37,192 nucleotides of DNA from Chiloscyllium plagiosum (GCF_004010195.1 NC_057753.1:1128330-1165521); one strand, 5' to 3'. Shown: positions 11,961-26,320, counted from the stretch's first letter. Numbers and translations: made by a program. The notes: generated from the letters alone by a model not told the origin.

Positions 11961-13208
11961 CAAGCAGCTGGGAGTTAGCCCTTGATGTTGTAGGTGTCAC
12001 TCACCTTATACAAGTTATTTTAAGAAATCGAAATATTAATCCACACTCTCCCCTACCGTTAATTCCTTACACGCCCTTGGCCCTGAGCATGGTATATCTC
12101 AGGTTACATTGATGTGTCCTGAATATTATATCGTTGCATGTCCTTGTCCATAGCACTGCAACGCAGTGGCCCAGGGATCAATCCACCTCCTAACTGCATC
12201 GCTCCTTACGATACTGCAGGTCCTAATGCACTCTTAGGAAATCAGATGTCATTGCACCCTGAGATTTCCATTTCCTAACTCTTATCTTCCATTATATTGT
12301 CGCAGAATCACATTTACAGTCCTAGCAATGCAGTAGATCAGATTTGATCAAGAAATGAATTGTCGAGATTTTTCTGGTGGCTTCGATACTTTTTCACATT
12401 GTGAACGTAAACTGCAAATAAATATGGATATGGCAAGTATGTTTATTCATCAATGCTTAAAATATAGCATTAGCTGATGAAAACTTTCATTATATATTCC
12501 ATACACTGCTTCTTTCTCTCTCTTTGTCCAGTATGCAAGTGTTAATTTAATTTTCTGTACGTCTATCTCTCTGTTAATGTATCTTGATCTGTTCATTTTT
12601 CTGTATTTGTGCCTATATTTTCAGTTGCTTTTATATCTGTGTGCATCGAACTGACAGCGACTAAACATCATATTTATCTCCCTAACACATCAGTCAATCT
12701 ATCAGTCTTTACCTATCTCTGAAAATGTATGATTTCTCGTTTTCCACGCTTTGTTTATTCTATAACTTATTTATATGAATATAAATGATTATGTCTGCAT
12801 CTATATGTACTGATCTGTGTATCTTTGCTTATGGAGCTGAACGTATGCGGTGATTTTTCCCATTGCAAGCTTTCAACTAGGTACCACGCATTAATTATAC
12901 CTTATAAAGTAACAAAAACTACTAAAAATTTCAGTGTTAGGCCTAGTTGACCATTATTATGTTTTTTAAAAATGATGTTGAAAGGAAGGACGCCAGGGTT
13001 TTGATACATTGGCAGATCGTTTATTCACTCAATATCGACCTTTGTATTTCTCGTGAAAGGAACAATCATTGAATAAAGGCAGGATGTGGTCTCCTTGATT
13101 AATTTGTCGAAATACAATCTTTCGGTGTTCAATGTAGAGAAAAGTAGGCAACGATATTTTATTTAGTGACCGTTAGAATTTTCAGGTCATGGCCGCTGCT
13201 CGAACATA

Positions 13209-14198
13209 TTAGACGACACAACATCGTTTATTCCACTGAAAGTTTTGTGACCTAAAAATGTACAGTAAGGGACTGAGAACGGCCGTAAAACAAATGAGTG
13301 CCCAAACACATTTTTTAACATTACACATGTAAAAATATGTAACTGTATATGGCAGATACAACAGATCATTACACAAAAAGTAAAATTCTGGGATGTGATA
13401 AGGTGCAAAGCAAAAAAAAAAGAAGAGCCAATATTCCACTGATGGTCTTCAATACCTTCCTCTTCATCAGCTCCATGGATCCTTTCCCAGCTCCAATTCT
13501 TAACAGTTTGCTTATTTTCAGACCATAGCAGATCAACAGGATCAGGATAGGGATAGAGAAAAGTATAATTTAACAACATAACTTCAAAAGTTGCCATTGT
13601 TGAAACACTGATCGCTTATATTTGCATGAACTGTTATCAGATACGTCTTTTTTTAACGCGACAATTGCCATCACACTTGCAGTCAACACTGCCAACCAAG
13701 TTACAAAGTTACAATAGACAGAATGACATAGTATCCAGGCTTTCGCCAGGAATGAGACCTGATTTGGTGGACAACAGCGATATAATGGTCAATGGCAATG
13801 CAGGTCATAAAGGGTGGGTTGCCATAAATATTGATTAAACCTAAGAGAGTATAAGCATTAACGAACGATTCCGCCATATCATATTTTGGGATATCTCGAA
13901 TGAGGTATAACATTGAGGCCAGGAGAACGAAAACGTTGGTGATCGTTAAGTCAAACAGGAGGATTTCAGTTGCTGATGTGATTTTCTTCCTTCGGATGAA
14001 ATGCCACAGTGCGATTGAGTTCATAGTAGTACCCAGGAGAACTCCAGCGATAAGGAGTGAAGGAAGAAGGATGCTTTGCATTCTCGCCATTATTTCAAAG
14101 CCCCTGTCATTGAAATGGTCAAGGCTTCCATTTAAATTTTCATTTAATTCCTGCCTGTGTTTAGTGACTGCCGTGATCCAGCTTTCAAGAGTGGCCAT
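13209..14198 (-). pseudogene. P2Y/LPAR-type (delta-group) class A GPCR pseudogene, single coding exon
   Basis: ATG at 14198 with an N-terminal NGS sequon. TM1 GTTMNSIALW; TM3 INIYGNPPFMTCIAIDHYIAVVH (DRY changed to DHY); TM4 IVTWLAV; TM5 IPILILLICYG; TM6 CFAPYHI; TM7 LSPLLYIF; stop at 13209-13211. Broken by an 8-bp duplication at 13698-13713, a stop at 13616-13618 and frameshifts near 13650, 13570 and 13415. Confidence 0.88.
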
Positions 14199-15199
14199 TG
14201 ATCCTTTGGTAATAGTAAGGAGTAAACGTTGAGCTATGAGGGAACATTGAAATATACATTTCGAAGGAAACTGAGTCTGCACCAGTGAGCATCGATTGTG
14301 GTAATTCTCAATTAGGATACAAACACACTAATCGTCTCACTGAAGGCTGTATCTGTACTATCGACCGGTCTGTCTCCTTTTCAAAGATGCTGATATATTA
14401 TCTCGTGCATTTCTGTACTTTTTTCTATGAGGTAGATACCTGCACACTCTGATCTTTAACCACGGAACTCCCATTCAAAAGACAATGTGACTGTAACCCG
14501 ACATGTCATGGATTGTGGCAGTTCAAGAATGTTATTCATTATCATCTTCCCATGGGCAATTTTGGTGGGAACATAAATGTTAGTCTGATCTTATAAAATA
14601 ATAAAGCAGAAGCAGATAATTCGTTTTTAAAGATACTGTTTTGCGGGATGAAAGTGGAGTGTGAAGGAATGACGTTGCCTAAGAGGTTGCAGTCTTGGAT
14701 ATGACTGGATATTCTCTCTCATGCTCACTAGGATGTTGTTTGCAACGTATTCCTTCCCGTCTTAACTATGCCTGCTCTGACCTCTATGTTCTATGCTTAC
14801 ATACAAAATGCTCCGTTTTCGATGCTATCTTCTCTACTGTGTATTTAATCATTCAATTTCTCCACTCTTCTATGCATGCTCCCAATCTTTGCCAGTAATA
14901 CTTCCCTCCACCCAATATTATGGATTCAATTCAATTGGTGAAATAATCACTCAGCTTCCAAATCTTAACAAATTTTGTATGTTGTCGCAAAGTACCTATA
15001 TCCTCACCTTTTCAGTATACTGGAAGCAGTAAAAATCGGTGTGAACTCATATAAAAACGTATGCCTATTCTTTATAGTTAGCTTCAAAGAACAGAATGCA
15101 CGAAGTCTGCAGATTTCGGTACATGTTCATCCAATATCCTACATGTACAACCAACTGCTGTGATTCAGAGTCATTTATAGTTCCTGGACTGCAGGTGCT

Positions 15200-15390
15200 T
15201 TGATTACTCAGCTCACTTGTACCGCGTGAAAATTCTAGCTCCTCCCCATAAGAGATTTGGATTTGCAAGTACGAACCCAAATAACGTCACAGTGCTGCAA
15301 ATAATGAAGGTATATTGTCCTTACTTTCTCGGAAACAACGGCTAATTATGTCCTCAGGTAGAGCTAATGGATATCTGTTCTCACACCTGG
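15200..15390 (+). mobile_element. Possible highly decayed Deu-domain (AmnSINE/SacSINE-like) SINE
   Basis: Only scattered motif resemblance (agagatttgg...cagtgctgca...gtcctcaggtagagctaatggatatc). Confidence 0.3.
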
Positions 15391-16059
15391 AAATGCATAT
15401 AGGTAGCGGAGTAACTAGTAATCAAATATATTGTTTGGAATAGATTCCTTTTTAGTCTCATTTAGAGAGGATGCCAAATATGTTTTTTATGCCCCTGGAC
15501 ATTTGTTCTATAACATGTCATGGGAACAGATTCTGTTCTGCATTATTGAAGAATATATTATAATGCTTCAAATACATCTTAAGACAATTAAATGTGCCAG
15601 GCATCACTGGGCTTTGAGAGCTCAGTTTTCAGATTACCCAGCCATTGCGATATAATAATCGCGTCCTATTCCGAATGTAATCTTCTAGATTAGTTGTAAG
15701 TAGGTACATGGCAATTCTTACACTTAATTACAGCAGCTGATTCCTTTCTCGTCAACTATCCCTGACTTGCCTGTGTCCAACACACCAATAAAGGCCCAAT
15801 CTCTATACACACCTTGCAGTAGATGACCATGTAAAAATATAGTGTCATTTGCATAACACGCAGCATTTTTTCACGTTCTCAACAGGCAAACCGACAAATG
15901 TATGAACGCAAATCCATTTGTTGCCATATCAAACTATGTGATGCCTTATTGGTATTATCTAGTAATCAGAATATGTAAGTAGTATTTGGGTGACCGGAAT
16001 GGCACTTCAGCACTTCAGATTATGGGATTTCAATTCCAAAATAATTAAAATGCGAAAGC

Positions 16060-16610
16060 TTTCTGGCTAGAATCGTGCCTGGCACAAAGGAAGATGGTTG
16101 CGAATTTTGGAGATCAGTCATTTCAATTCCAGAACATTTCTGTCAGAGTTCCTCGGGTTGGTGTCCTATCCCAAGTATCTCCAGCTGCTTCATCAACGAA
16201 TTTCACTTCATCATAAGATAAAGTGTTTGCTGATGTTTGCACAATTCAGCACAGAGACTGAAACAGTCCACGTCTAAATGCACCAAAACCGGGAAAATAT
16301 CTAGGCTCGGAATGACAAGTAATAAGTAAAAGATCGTGCCACACAAATCCCAGGCAATGAAAATAACGATCAAGGGACATCATCAAAACCCTTGTGCTTA
16401 CCAGTGACCAGAAACTGAATTGGACTAACCATACAAATAAAATCGCCTTAACAGCAGGTCAGAGCAAGGAATTTTGCAGAGGATATCTTATCCCTTGATA
16501 TCGTAACACCTTTCCACCATCTTGAAGGCATAAATCGTGAGTGTGTTGGAAAACTCCACACTTGCCTGAATGAGTGTACGCTAAAGACTCCGAGGAAGCT
16601 TAACATTTTC
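16060..16610 (+). mobile_element. L2/CR1-group LINE RT fragment
   Basis: gagttcctcgggttggtgtcctatcccaagtatctccagctgcttcatcaacgaa...tttgctgatg is a decayed GVPQGSVLGP..F..FIND...FADD. Confidence 0.7.
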
Positions 16611-16614
16611 TCTC

Positions 16615-18780
<2,166 letters not shown>

Positions 18781-19012
18781 TTTTTCAGAAAGGATTCTGA
18801 GATGAGTCACATCGGACTTAAAAGTTATATCAGTTTCTCTAAACTAATGCAGTAAAACAGTTATCTTTGCCAGAATAATCTGTATTTGTTTAAAAATTTC
18901 TCGTACACTTGGCATTCAGCTACTTCTTCCCTTCTCACCTTCCTTCCAAATTCCTTCCTTCCGTTTTTTCTTCCTTTCTTTCTTTCTGATTTCCTATCTG
19001 TTCGTCGCTCCC

Positions 19013-19014
<2 letters not shown>

Positions 19015-19062
<48 letters not shown>

Positions 19063-19458
19063 CATTCATTCGGTTTAGTTTTACTCAGGAATCCTATTCT
19101 CAATGTTCCCATAAACTTTTGAGTATTTGCATAATATAGACTTATATTTTTTGCAAGGATTCACAAGGAGATTTACATACGCTGTTGGGAATTTGTAGTA
19201 TTTTCCATGTCCACGGAAAAGTTTGCAAACAGAACCACATTTATATTGAAAGTCGGTATTATTGTTTCGTAGCATTATTTGATTTTAAACATTGTTGTTC
19301 ACTATTCGATATTATATGTCTCATAAATTTTATTTACGTAACAAACTGGAATGAAAGAAGACTTTTTGTTAAACCAACTGTCGTTGCACTCACTCAAAGT
19401 TTGTTCAACATTACAAACTTTAATGCTCGCTGGGATGCTACCTGATATTGTCAATATC

Positions 19459-19549
<91 letters not shown>

Positions 19550-20072
19550 CATTCATTCGGTTTAGTTTTACTCAGGAATCCTATTCTCAATGTTCCCATA
19601 AACTTTTGAGTATTTGCATAATATAGACTTATATTTTTTGCAAGGATTCACAAGGAGATTTACATACGCTGTTGGGAATTTGTAGTATTTTCCATGTCCA
19701 CGGAAAAGTTTGCAAACAGAACCACATTTATATTGAAAGTCGGTATTATTGTTTCTATCTATCTATCTATCTATTGACCTACATAACTATCATTCTGTCT
19801 ATCTATCGAACGATCTGTCTGTCTGTTATTCTGTAGATGCAAACAGAACCACATTTATATTGAAAGTCGGTATTATTGTTTCGTAGCATTATTTGATTTT
19901 AAACATTGTTGTTCACTATTCGATATTATATGTCTCATAAATTTTATTTACGTAACAAACTGGAATGAAAGAAGACTTTTTGTTAAACCAACTGTCGTTG
20001 CACTCACTCAAAGTTTGTTCAACATTACAAACTTTAATGCTCGCTGGGATGCTACCTGATATTGTCAATATC
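19015..20072. repeat. Complex local duplication with (TATC)12, (TATC)22 and (TATC)4 tracts
   Basis: 19063-19268 is repeated at 19550-19755, and 19224-19458 is repeated at 19838-20072. The copies look identical by eye. Confidence 0.95.
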
Positions 20073-20276
20073 TGTAGCTGTAACGAAAAGGCAGAGACGA
20101 TTCGCCATTCTCCCTCTAGCTTGTGAACGGTCATATAAAAGATGCTCCAAAATAGTTTTGGAATAGACACTTGGCGACCAACATAGGATGTTGTCATGTA
20201 TACCCTCAAGCTTTACCTATGTTGTTATATATCTACCGACCACAGAATTATAAATCCACATAGTTCTATATTGTTA

Positions 20277-21195
20277 CAGAACATAGAACAGTCGAGCACA
20301 GTACACGTCCTTCAGGCCACGATGTCGTGCCAAGCATTTGTCTTAATCTAAGATCAATTTAACCTATACACACTTAAACTTTCCTGCCATCCATGTGCTT
20401 GCCCAGCATTCGCTTAAGTGTCCTTAATATCTCTGCCTCTACGGCTGTCAGTGGCAGTGGATTCCATGCACCAACCACTCTCTGCACAAAGAACCGACCT
20501 CTGACATCTCCCCTATACCTTCTGCCGATCACTTGAAAGTTGCGAATCCTCGTGACAGCCATTTTTTCGCTGGGAAAGATCTCTGGCTATCTACTCTATC
20601 TATGCCTCTCAATACCTTGTACACCTCTATCAAGTTACCTCTCTTCCTTCTTCTCTATAACGTGAAAAGTCTTAGCTCCCTCAAACTCTATTCATAAGAC
20701 AAACCGTCCAATTCAGGCGTCATTCTGGTAAGTCTCTTTTGCATCCTCTCTACATTCTTCATATAATGAGATGACCAGAACTGTACACAATATTCCAAGT
20801 GTGGTCTGACCAGGGTTTTTCTTTAGAGCTACAGCAAAACCTCGCAGCTCTTAAACTTAATCCTCCTGTTAATAAAAGCCAGAACAGCATAGACCTTCCT
20901 ATCAGCCCAATCAATTTGGGTGGCAACTTTGAGGGATCTATGTGCATGGACTACAAGATCCCTCTGTTCCTCCACACTGCCAGGAATCTTGTCTTTAGTC
21001 CTGTATTCAGCATTTACATTCGACCTTCCCAAATGAATCATTTCACATTTACCCCGGTTGAACGCCATCTGCCACTAATCAGCTCAGCTCTGCATCCTGT
21101 CAATGTCTTGTTGTAGCCTGCAACAATCCTAGACATAATCGACAACAGGGCCGACCTTTATGTCATCGCAAACTGACGAAGCCACCCTTCCACTT
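20277..21195 (-). mobile_element. CR1 LINE 3' portion
   Basis: Minus ORFs MAFNRGKCEMIHLGRSN...RDLVVHAHRSLKVATQID and GRRYRGDVRGRFFVQRVVGAWNPLP. Tail cagaacatagaacag. Confidence 0.93.
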
Positions 21196-21386
21196 GCATG
21201 TACATATTGTGGCTTGCTACAATTGTCCATAAAATAAAACTGAATTTTGCATTCTTTGCTGCACTGTCAAATTTTGCTGCAAGCAGGTATTATTATCTGT
21301 TACAAAATCACTTATTTTTAAAATCATACTGTTTTCTGTCACCGTTTTAAGACATTAGCATGGTATTATTTTTCTATTATAAAGTT

Positions 21387-21447
21387 ATGGGACTTCTTGA
21401 TAAAGTTGTCTTAGTCTTGCCTTCCTTGCATGGATTAATCCAGACTG
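21387..21447 (+). CDS. Candidate signal-peptide exon (exon 1 of a putative C-type-lectin-like gene)
   Basis: Pyrimidine-rich acceptor ...tttttctattataaag|21385, ATG21387 MGLLDKVVLVLPSLHGLIQT, then G|GTAGGA (phase 1). Confidence 0.3.
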
Positions 21448-21618
21448 GTAGGATGCATGTCGCAACGGGTTTGTCATTGCTTACTGAAAGATGTCTAACC
21501 AGGAGAATCTCCCCCACGTACGAACAGTGATTAAGCGTATTGGAAGGGTGAACAGACTGATAATCAAGCAACAGGAAACAAACAGAAATTTCAGTATAAA
21601 CCCAACATTTCCACAGTC

Positions 21619-21810
21619 CCGGCCGCCGCTGTCTCCAAGAAGAAGGCGGCAGCGGCAGCGCTCCCACTGTAGAGGCTGAGCAGATCCTGTAGCGGTGGCT
21701 GCTGTCAAGGACCGCCAGGCGACGGCCAAGCTCGGCGGAGCCTTGTAGAAAACTATCTCGGCCGCGGGCTACGAACCGATGGAGAAGGGTGGCCCCGGCA
21801 AGAGGGGCAC
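21619..21810 (+). pseudogene. Histone H1 remnant (N-tail plus first part of the globular domain)
   Basis: CpG-rich patch that reads, across frameshifts, PAAAVSKKKAAAA / APTVEAEQIL / AVAAVKDRQATAKLGGAL*KTISAAGYEPMEK. This matches the H1 pattern (P.VSELI.KAVAASKER.G.SLAALKKALAAAGYDVEK). Stop at 21746-21748; no start codon or C-terminal tail. Confidence 0.75.
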
Positions 21811-21841
21811 ATATTTTAAAAAAATAATTCTTAAAAAAAAC

Positions 21842-22163
21842 GGTGGGACGGTGGCTCAGTGGGTTGCACTGCTGCCTCACAGTGCCAGGGACCCGGGTTC
21901 GACTCCTGCCTCGGGTGACTCTCTGTGTGGAGTTTGCACAATCTCCCCGTGTCTGCGTGAATCCCCTCCTGGTGCTCCGGTTTCCTCCCACAATCCAAAG
22001 ATGTGCAGGTTAGATGAATTGGCCGTGATAAATTGTCCATAGGTGTTTTAGTCAAGGGTAAACATAGGATAGGGGAATGGGTATGGGTGGATTACTCTTT
22101 GGAGGGTCGGTATGGACATGTTGGGCGAAAGGGTCTGTCCCCACACTATCGGGGAATCTAATC
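21842..22163 (+). mobile_element. HE1-type V-SINE (tRNA-derived), full length
   Basis: A box TGGCTCAGTGG 21852-21862, B box GGTTCGACTCC 21896-21906, V domain gtgtggagtttgcac...ccggtttcctcccacaatccaaagatgtgcaggttag, CR1-like tail. Confidence 0.95.
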
Positions 22164-22165
22164 AT

Positions 22166-22860
22166 GTCTGGAATCATCTGTGGAGAAAGAAACAGAGTTA
22201 ATGTTTCAACTCCAGTACGACTATTCTTCAGATGGAAAGGTATTGGACAGTGTTTTCATTTACTACCTTTGACGGAGCAGAGAAGGAGCGATAAGAACAA
22301 TTAATGCAGACACACGTTGCTGAAAACAATCGAGTTGTTAATTATGGTAAAAGTGAAATGGAGAAATAACATGGGTGTACAATGAGATGGAAAGGGAAGA
22401 AACGTGTTCTTCTCCACTGACAGAACAGTAAGCAAAACACAAACAAAGCATTTTCGGAATGTGAAGACGGAGTAGGGTGGGAAGAATGTGAGGAAAAAGG
22501 ATAACAGACATCATGCTGTTTGCTGTAAAGCTGTCGAATTGAGTATTGCGTACTGGAGTCTGGAAAGTTGTGAATGGAACATGAGAGGACCAAAAGGCAA
22601 GCTCCAGGAAAAGTTAGAGGGCGAAGGTGAATGGAGATTGTTTTGAACTATGAGATAGAAATTAAAGGTGTGGGGATTGCCATGCAGACGAGACAAAACA
22701 TTGGTCCACAGACGATGAAAGAGGCATAAAAATATTCAGTTCCAAATCATTTTGAAGAAGATGAAACAAAATCACTGAGGAAAAATGCAACTTCGAAATT
22801 AGTAACATTGTTCACGGTCTGAAGTTGGGAAAATCAATTTTGAGTCAAGAAGGCTGTAAA
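22166..22860 (-). mobile_element. Old Penelope-like element remnant
   Basis: tctggaatcatctgtggagaaagaaacagagttaatgtttc...ttcttcaga is the reverse complement of a CTGAAGA...GAAAC pseudo-LTR end. A purine-rich tract follows, ending in tgagtcaagaaggctgtaaa. The extent is uncertain. Confidence 0.5.
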
Positions 22861-23153
22861 ATTAGATACAAAATGGAATCAGACTAGCCCATGATTTCTA
22901 TTCTGTTTTTCGGATCTTTTGTCACAAGTATCTTGCTGTTTCGAGTATCTTGATCAAATTTTGTTTGGCATACAATTGCAGAGCGTGAAGTGCAGATTCA
23001 TATGGCTGCATTACGTCTTCACAGTTAAACTTGTGATTACAGTTATTATCTTGGCGTGTATTCCAATGAATATAAGAGGTGATATGCTGGAGGAGTGAAA
23101 ATACCGAAACTAAGCATGTTGTCCTTATTTCTTTTGTTCTTTGCCTTTCACAG

Positions 23154-23249
23154 GCAAACACAATTGTAAGGCTGGAGTCCACAATCAGGAACGATATTTT
23201 GTAAAATTAAGGGGTCAGCCATTTTCAGCTGTCTCTCATCTGGCTACTG
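23154..23249 (+). CDS. Candidate internal exon (96 bp, phase 1-1)
   Basis: Strong acceptor ttatttcttttgttctttgcctttcacag, donor G|GTAAAG. Open reading (G)KHNCKAGVHNQERYFVKLRGQPFSAVSHLAT. Confidence 0.45.
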
Positions 23250-23621
23250 GTAAAGGCAGATGCAGATTTCAAGAAAAACATGTATCATTTTGAGCGAGCT
23301 AAAGTCAACAGTGATTTGGAGAACCACATCAATTTCTAATGGAAGTTAGTCTGCAGGTTTAAATCAGCCTTCTCTTGTGTCTCTTCATATAAACCTGAAC
23401 CCTTCCATTTGTTCTTGTGCAATGTTCAATATCATTGGAAACTGAATTTGTAAATGAACGCAAATTAATTAAAACAGCATGGATGATTTTCCTCTGGGAT
23501 GTAGGAGAATCATTGAAATAAAGGCAGACGATGAATAAATATGTATTGCCTTGGAGTTACGGATGCAGGCAGGTGTCTCCATGTGATCAAGTCTGGTCCA
23601 CTGGTTTTCTCTAACGATAGG

Positions 23622-23623
<2 letters not shown>

Positions 23624-23658
<35 letters not shown>

Positions 23659-23663
23659 GTATG

Positions 23664-23694
<31 letters not shown>

Positions 23695-23737
23695 GTGTGC
23701 GTGTGTGTATACGTGTGTGTATATATTATATATATAT
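23624..23737. repeat. (TA)n/(TG)n compound microsatellite
   Basis: Read directly from the sequence. Confidence 0.95.
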
Positions 23738-25353
23738 AAATAAAGGTTAGTATTGCACTAATTCAGAGAAATGGAGAGAAAATAATCACATCTGAATGAG
23801 AATAAATCATTATTATTCATAAGAAAGACAAGAGCAAAATCAATTCGAGGCACTGGCTGGAAATGGTTCGAATATTAATAGAAAAATGCAACGAAAGACT
23901 GTTCAGTCTTTGGTTTTTCGCTGTAAGTTCTATAAGCAGACCTGTAAGCAGACCTTCCAGGATTCAAATCCCATCTGCCCTATAGATGTGCCTAAACATG
24001 ACAAGCAATATGATTGAATTATCTATAAAACATGGTGAGTAAAGTATGGAAAGACAGGGAAATCAATAATTTCATTTTTTTTGGCCAATAGCGGTTTTAG
24101 ACAAACTAACTGCATCTCTTTTACTCAGTGCCGATTGCAACCCAAGCTATAAATAAACCTGAAAGAATAATTTATGAATTGAAATATCAAAATTCGGAAC
24201 GCAACATGCAAAAGTGCAGCAGGTTGCTGTTCTCGATAACAGTGAATATTCCACACAAGTGTCACAATAATATGTAATGAAGTTTCGAATGACTCCAGTT
24301 TTCAGAGCTGATTATCACCACTTGCAGACAACGATGAATACTTTCCTCTTTGTCATTGAGTGTTTTCAGCAACTAATAAATCTATGGAGAAAGCTGCCTG
24401 CCACTGATTGCTGCGGTAGACCGTTTCCATGGTTACAGAAGGCTCAGAAATGAAGACAAGAAACTGGCTGAGAAAATACGTATTAGTGTCGCCATGTGCC
24501 AAAACAGAAAGGTTAAAATAAATATATATATATATATATGTGTATACGTGTGTGTGTATATATTATATATATATAAATAAAGGTTAGTATTGCACTAATT
24601 CAGAGAAATGGAGAGAAAATAATCACATCTGAATGAGAATAAATCATTATTATTCATAAGAAAGACAAAACCAAAATCAGTTCGAGGCACTGGCTGGAAA
24701 TGGTTCGAATATTATTAGAAAAATGCAGCGAAAGACTGTTCAGTCTTTGGTTTTTCGCTGTAAGTTCTATAAAATATGGCGCAGACCTTCCAGGAATCAA
24801 ATCCCATCTGCCCTATAGGTGTGCCTAAACATGACAAGCAATATGATTGAAATATCTATAAAACATGGTGAGTAAAGTATTTTAAGACAGGGAAATCAAT
24901 AATTTCATTTTTTTTGGCCAATAGCGGTTTTAGACAAACTAACTGCATCTCTTTTACTCAGTGTCGATCGCAACCCAAGCTATAAATAAACATGAAAGAA
25001 TGATTTATGAATTGAAATATCAAAATTCGGAATGCAACATGCAAAAGTGCAGCAGGTTGCTGTTCTCGATAACAGTGAATATTCCACACAAGCGTCACAA
25101 TAATATGTAATGAAGTTTAGATTGACTCCAGTTTTCAGAGCTGATTATCACCACTTGCAGACAACGATGAATAGTTTCCTCTTTGTCATTGAGTGTTTTC
25201 AGCAACTAATAAATCTATGGAGAAAGCTGCCTGCACTGATTGCTGCGGTAGACCGTTTCCATGGTTACAGAAGGCTCAGAAATGAAGACAAGAAACTGAC
25301 TGAGAAAATACGTATTAGTGTCGCCATGTGCCAAAACAGAAAGTTTAAAATAA
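23704..25353. repeat. Tandem duplication, unit about 835 bp (23704-24521 and 24539-25353)
   Basis: Colinear copies with scattered substitutions and small indels. Each copy starts in a (TA)/(TG) microsatellite. Confidence 0.97.
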
Positions 25354-25779
25354 CTTATTAATTATATCTCCCTTTGAAGTTAAAAACGTTATCAATTATA
25401 TTCAGACTCTGTTCATCCGTTAACACTCTAAAAACAGTTACATTTCCTTGCTCTCTCTGCATAGCCATCTATTAACCCGAAATCATATTCGCCACGACTC
25501 TCCTAGATCAGAGTATAATTCATACTATTGTCAGAATCATTCTCTGCGCTCACATACAGCTCTCATTTTCAAATGGTCCTCTTAGCCCTGTGTCAATCCT
25601 GAGAGGACCAAAACCTTCCACTTTCTTCCTTGACCCTGCATTATTCCTATAATAGTCATAATTCTAATTCTCACTGGATGTGCGCATCATTGTTAATATC
25701 ATGATATTTTGATAAATTGCCCCTTTATAATTTATCTGAATGAGTGGCGGTAATCTGCTTGCTTAGATTGAATCAGGTC

Positions 25780-26320
25780 TTATGGATATACCTATTTTTC
25801 AAACTGAGTTCCAGGATGGCGATACAGCGCTATGTCAGGATAGTGAGCATTTGAAAATGAACTTGTGGATGGCAAAGTTGCTATGCATCAGTTGCATGGC
25901 CATTGTTGGTGTTTGATTCTCCCAGTTTGTAAAGTAATGTAACAAGTCTTGGTGAGTGCATCTTGTTGATGGTACACACGTTGCGATTGTAGGTCTGTGT
26001 GACTAGGGTGCTGGTTGAAGGTAGTTGATGCAGTCTTACTCAAATGAACTGCCGTGTTTTGGATGGTACTAACTTCTGTCGTGCTGCTGAAGCTGAACGC
26101 ATCCAAACCAATGGAATCATGACGTGAATTATGCGATTCAAACTTGCCGCTTTCAGACATATTCTTGCAGTTACCGTATTTATATGGTTGTTGAAGTCAA
26201 TTTCTGGTAATTGTTAACCGGCAAGATATAGATAACGCAGATTTACTGATGGTAATAACATTGAACATCAAGTTAAAGTAGTCAGATTCTCTCTTGATGG
26301 AGATGAGTCATTGCTTCATA
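25780..26320 (-). mobile_element. Decayed L2/CR1-group LINE fragment
   Basis: Degenerate tracts (tcttgttgatggtacacacgttgc, gtgctgctgaagctgaacgcatccaaaccaatgga, tagtcagattctctcttgatggagatgagtcattgc) resemble the reverse strand of the family at 16060. Confidence 0.55.

Noticed and set aside
13900..14232. 110-aa plus-strand ORF
   Set aside because: Antisense shadow of the GPCR pseudogene.
19125..19620. Octamer ATTTGCAT in both B copies and at several other sites
   Set aside because: Expected by chance in AT-rich DNA; no Ig leader or snRNA gene follows.
21845..21915. tRNA-like A and B boxes
   Set aside because: This is a SINE head followed by a V domain, not a tRNA gene.
21377..21991. 204-aa minus ORF, the longest in the track
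   Set aside because: A chance read-through of the antisense HE1 SINE and the GC-rich H1 remnant.
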